DNA of 64,000 bases from Squalus acanthias (lineage: Eukaryota): NCBI GenBank assembly GCA_030390025.1, contig CM059431.1:121150001-121214000 (forward strand), read 5' to 3'. The notes under the pieces were generated by a model, which was given only the letters and a program-made list of their open reading frames with translations, was not told the DNA's origin and made no database searches. Shown here piece after piece: positions 60,489-64,000 of the stretch. A program made the translations under genes and the position numbers. Within the stretch, counting starts at the first letter, position 1. The number at the start of each line of letters is the position of its first letter.

Positions 60489-62254
60489 GGCTGGGTCCGG
60501 TGCGGCCGAGGTCGGTGACAGGGTGCGACCCCTCTGCTGGCTCCATCCCACTCTGTGAAAAGAATTTTACCCTGATTGGGCTTGTTAAGCCCACCCAGCG
60601 CATTTGCCGGCCAATTGAAGGAAGCGGGTCTGATGATGTCACTTGATGACGCGTCATCAGCCAGTTTCCTTAAAGAGACCATGCCCAAATTGATTTTGAC
60701 AGTTCTGCTGTCACTTCTACAGCATTGAGATGCTGCAAACACTGACAAGCACTGCACAGAGGCGCACGCTGCACCTAGGCTCTCCCATGACAGCCTCCAT
60801 ATACTTATGGAGGGAGTCAAATCATACAGGGAGGTTCTCTTCCCTTCCCATGGGCAAAAGAGAGCTCCCCAGGAGATCAACACAGCCTGGTTGCACATTG
60901 CACAGGAAGGCACAAGCAGGGATGTTGTCAGGAGGACCAGGCTGCAGTGGCGCAAACCTTTCAATGATCTCAGTAGATCATGAAACGCTGCTGCAAAGCC
61001 ACACTCAACCTCATCCTGTTGTGCCACCCATCAAATCCCCATCACTCTGCCTTCCCTACCCTACTCCTATACATCCTTACTCACACCAACTTACCTTTCA
61101 CCTCCACCCATCCCTCTCTATCTACATTATCACTTCCCAATCTCACTAGTCAGCCCTCACACTCACCCTCATCCTTGTCCAATCATTTCAACTAACAACA
61201 GACAAGGGTAGGCACTTGTGTGTTTTAGCCAATGTTCATGTGAAGTTTCTGTTAATGTGCTGTCAAGCATTGGATTCTTTATTTTCAACACTTTGCGTTC
61301 TTCGACAGATTTGTGTGCACCTTTGGAAGTGGCTTAGTGAGTTGCAGTGAATGGTGAGACATAACGGTACCCCCCGCAATAGTGATGGGTGTGAAAGGAA
61401 TGGCTTGGGCATTAGAGGGATGCTTTATGGTGTAGATGTGGGGTGGTACCAACCCTGGTGCATCATGTGGCAGTCATGGTATACAGCGTCAAGTGAAGTA
61501 AATCTGGCCATGATGAGGCCGACCCTGGCATCCCGGACAGCAATGTAGTCAGGTGATGATGCCCTGTGTCATGTGCAGCACCAGCTGATTGTGGAGAAGA
61601 TGGGTGTTGTTGTTGCTACTGCTGGTGTGCCTGGTGATGCTGGTGCTGGGGCTGATTGTGGTGGGATTCTGAGGACCAAGGTGAGATTCTTTCAAGGGCA
61701 CCAATGCTGATGGAGTAGATGGCAGGTGAGGCTGAGATGACAGAAGCGATCTGGCAATGGTGAGAGAGGTTGTTCCAATGAGGTGACACTGGATAGTGAG
61801 TTTGCTCCAAACACTTGCAAGCTGCATAAAGCTCAATCTGTCTTCCAAATGCAGTAAGCAACAGCTTCTAACCTTGCAAAGTGAAGACCTATGAAATGGG
61901 AGCTTTTATAGACCATTTGCAGCTGTCAAGTTAAGAAATCATCACATGCTGACACAACACCCGACCTCCTTACCTGACGTCATCCCCGAGCAGCAGGGAA
62001 GCTGTTGGCGAACTCTAAAAATCTAAAGGTGAGCTTGAAATACTATTTAATTGCCTCTTAACAATGCAGCTATTCATCTAAATTGCCTCCCCGTCGCTTG
62101 GTGTCGGGTCTGTTGAGCGATGACAGACCCGACATTTGGGAGACTAGCGTGGAGGCGGGTTGACAGTGGGTTCCCGACCCGCTGTCAAAAAAAAACATTT
62201 TTCCAGCTGACCCGCCACCAAACGTGCCCCCTGACCCCCCAAAAAATTCTGACC
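60489..62254 (-). mobile_element. Non-autonomous Harbinger derivative (family B) inserted in a CR1 tail
   Basis: Reverse-complement homolog of 31251-31440 plus 35512-37135. Right terminus AAAATTCTGACC; flanks TAT/TCT. Confidence 0.82.
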
Positions 62255-62297
62255 TCTGTTCCTATCTTAGGTGTTAATAACACTTCAAGAACACAGG

Positions 62298-62693
62298 GCA
62301 ACACAGTGGCGTAGTGGTTAGCACTGTTGCCTCACAGCGCCAGGACCCGGGTTCGAATCCGGCCATGGGTGACTGTCTGTGTGGAGTTTGCACATTCTCC
62401 CCGTGTCTGCGTGGGTTTGCTCCGGGTGCTCCGGTTTCCTCCCACAGTCCAAAGATGTGCGGGTTAGGTGGAGTTTGCACATTCTCCCCGTGTCTGCGTG
62501 GGTTTCCTTTGGGTGCTCCGGTTTCCTCCCACAGTCCAAAGATGTGCGGGTTAGGTTGATTTGGCTATGATAAATTGACCCTTAATATTAGGGGGATTAA
62601 ATACGAGGGGTTACGGGGATAGGGTGGGATATGTGTCGGTGCAGGCTCGATGGGCCGAAATGGCCTCTATCTGCACTGTGGGGATTCTGTGAT
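62298..62693 (+). mobile_element. HE1-type V-SINE with an 87-bp internal tandem duplication
   Basis: tRNA-derived head with A box TGGCGTAGTGG and B box GGTTCGAATCC. V-domain gtggagtttgcacattctccccgtgtctgcgtggg..cccacagtccaaaga occurs twice. CR1-like tail gatgggccgaaatggcct. Confidence 0.92.
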
Positions 62694-63151
62694 CAATGGA
62701 AGCTGCTCAATGTCTGAACTTTCGCATGTGTTTCATTATGCTTTTACACTGAACACTTGAAACATTTTCTTTATAAAATAGTGATATGGATTATTATTCT
62801 ATGGTCTACTGTTTTTGTCTCCCGTTTTTTTTTTAAACCTTAATTTCAAATAATTAAATCACCACTTTTTATTCCACGTCACTTGCAATTTCTCTCTATT
62901 TTTCTAACAATGCCTTTAATGGGAGGCTGGAACTAATGGGTCTGTTCTGCTCCACCAGTGTCAGTCATAATGATCTTCAACATGATTACAGTGCAGGCTC
63001 CAGGGCTAATTTTACAAGCTCTCAGTTCTGCCGCTGGGCTGTCCATCCTGTAAAGGGGTTCTGTGGCGCTGCTTGTATCGCAGACGGTGCTGGTGCGGGG
63101 TTAGGCCTTCGTTGCCTAATACTATTGCTTGCTCTGGTCTCCGTCCAGCCT

Positions 63152-64000
63152 TGTTGCAATAAGCACCTGTGAGTGGTTCGACCCACTCGCCCTTACGGTT
63201 CTAACATTGGACTTAGGTGCGAGAGCAGTAATGCAGAGAAAAACTCAAATAGACCCGGTTGAATAGTACGAAATGGAAATCTTTATTGCATAGCGTCCAA
63301 AATCATGAAGTACATGTCATAGGCACAAATTAATGACAGTACAAGTATACATACATTCATAAAGCTTGGTCTATGGTAATGAAGAACGCACGGCACATCG
63401 TAAAAAGGGGAACACATTATACTTTATCCTTAATAAAACCACCCTCCCCTATTAATACCTACACTACATCTAGATTTGTAGGATCGGGAAACATGCTCAC
63501 CACTCGTGATACTTCGGAGAATTTTAAAGTGAGGCACTCGGCTCGTTTCGCTGCAGCGCCTGACTGTCACGTGTTTTGAGGGGTCTCTGTACGCCACTTG
63601 TTTATCTTTGCTGCTGCGACAAGCAGGCCAGACCGTCTTTTGTCATGAAGAACTCAACAGAACTCGGACACGATTGTAGAATTCAAAGAAGAGTCTTCCT
63701 GTCCCCGACACCGGTTGTCGGGAGACTTCAATGAAAAGTTCTTTCTTGTATTTTCGGGCGCGGTCGGGGTTTACTGACCGTGGCGGCACATGGATTATTC
63801 TTCTTCTCTTGTCATTTCATCTCGTCTCTTCGGGCCTTCGGGTCCGGACACCGTTTACCGACCCTCGGGATGGTGCACCCGGTCACTGGCCTTCGTTGAG
63901 GCGGCTCGTTCCAATTGAGCTCCACCCAACATAGGAGAATAAAAGTTCAGCCCGAGTCAAGAGCAATAAGCTGAGATAAGAGTCGGTTTCAAGCGAATAA
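63152..64000 (-). mobile_element. Probable LTR (U5/R end), running off the window
   Basis: Starts TGTTGC. Shares the hairpin plus ggttctaa..ttggactta block with 15061-15110. Minus-strand AATAAA at 63282-63287. Confidence 0.55.

Noticed and set aside
62298..62370. tRNA gene
   Set aside because: A and B boxes belong to a SINE head that runs straight into the V-domain; no complete cloverleaf.

Overview
Eukaryotic, repeat-dense intronic or intergenic DNA, almost certainly from a cartilaginous fish (shark). The basis is an HE1-type V-SINE, SacSINE1-like Deu-domain SINEs, shark-type CR1 LINEs with 8-bp tandem tails, and Poseidon-like Penelope elements. No host protein-coding gene could be confidently recognised. 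The centrepiece is a complete 4.2-kb two-gene PIF/Harbinger DNA transposon (26942-31135; TAA target duplication, imperfect 12-bp TIRs). It carries an apparently intact three-exon Myb/SANT-like partner gene (459 aa) and a convergent DDE transposase broken only by one TGG>TAG stop. Its deletion derivatives and MITEs occur nearby, and several Harbinger-type elements sit in the 3' ends or microsatellite tails of CR1 LINEs. Also present: Penelope copies with minimal hammerhead-ribozyme-like motifs and inverted ends (including a 162-bp near-perfect palindrome); solo LTRs sharing a covarying tRNA-T-arm-like hairpin; an RTE relic; a three-deep nest of retroelements; and a 47-bp locally templated insertion. 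All calls were made by eye; no searches were run.
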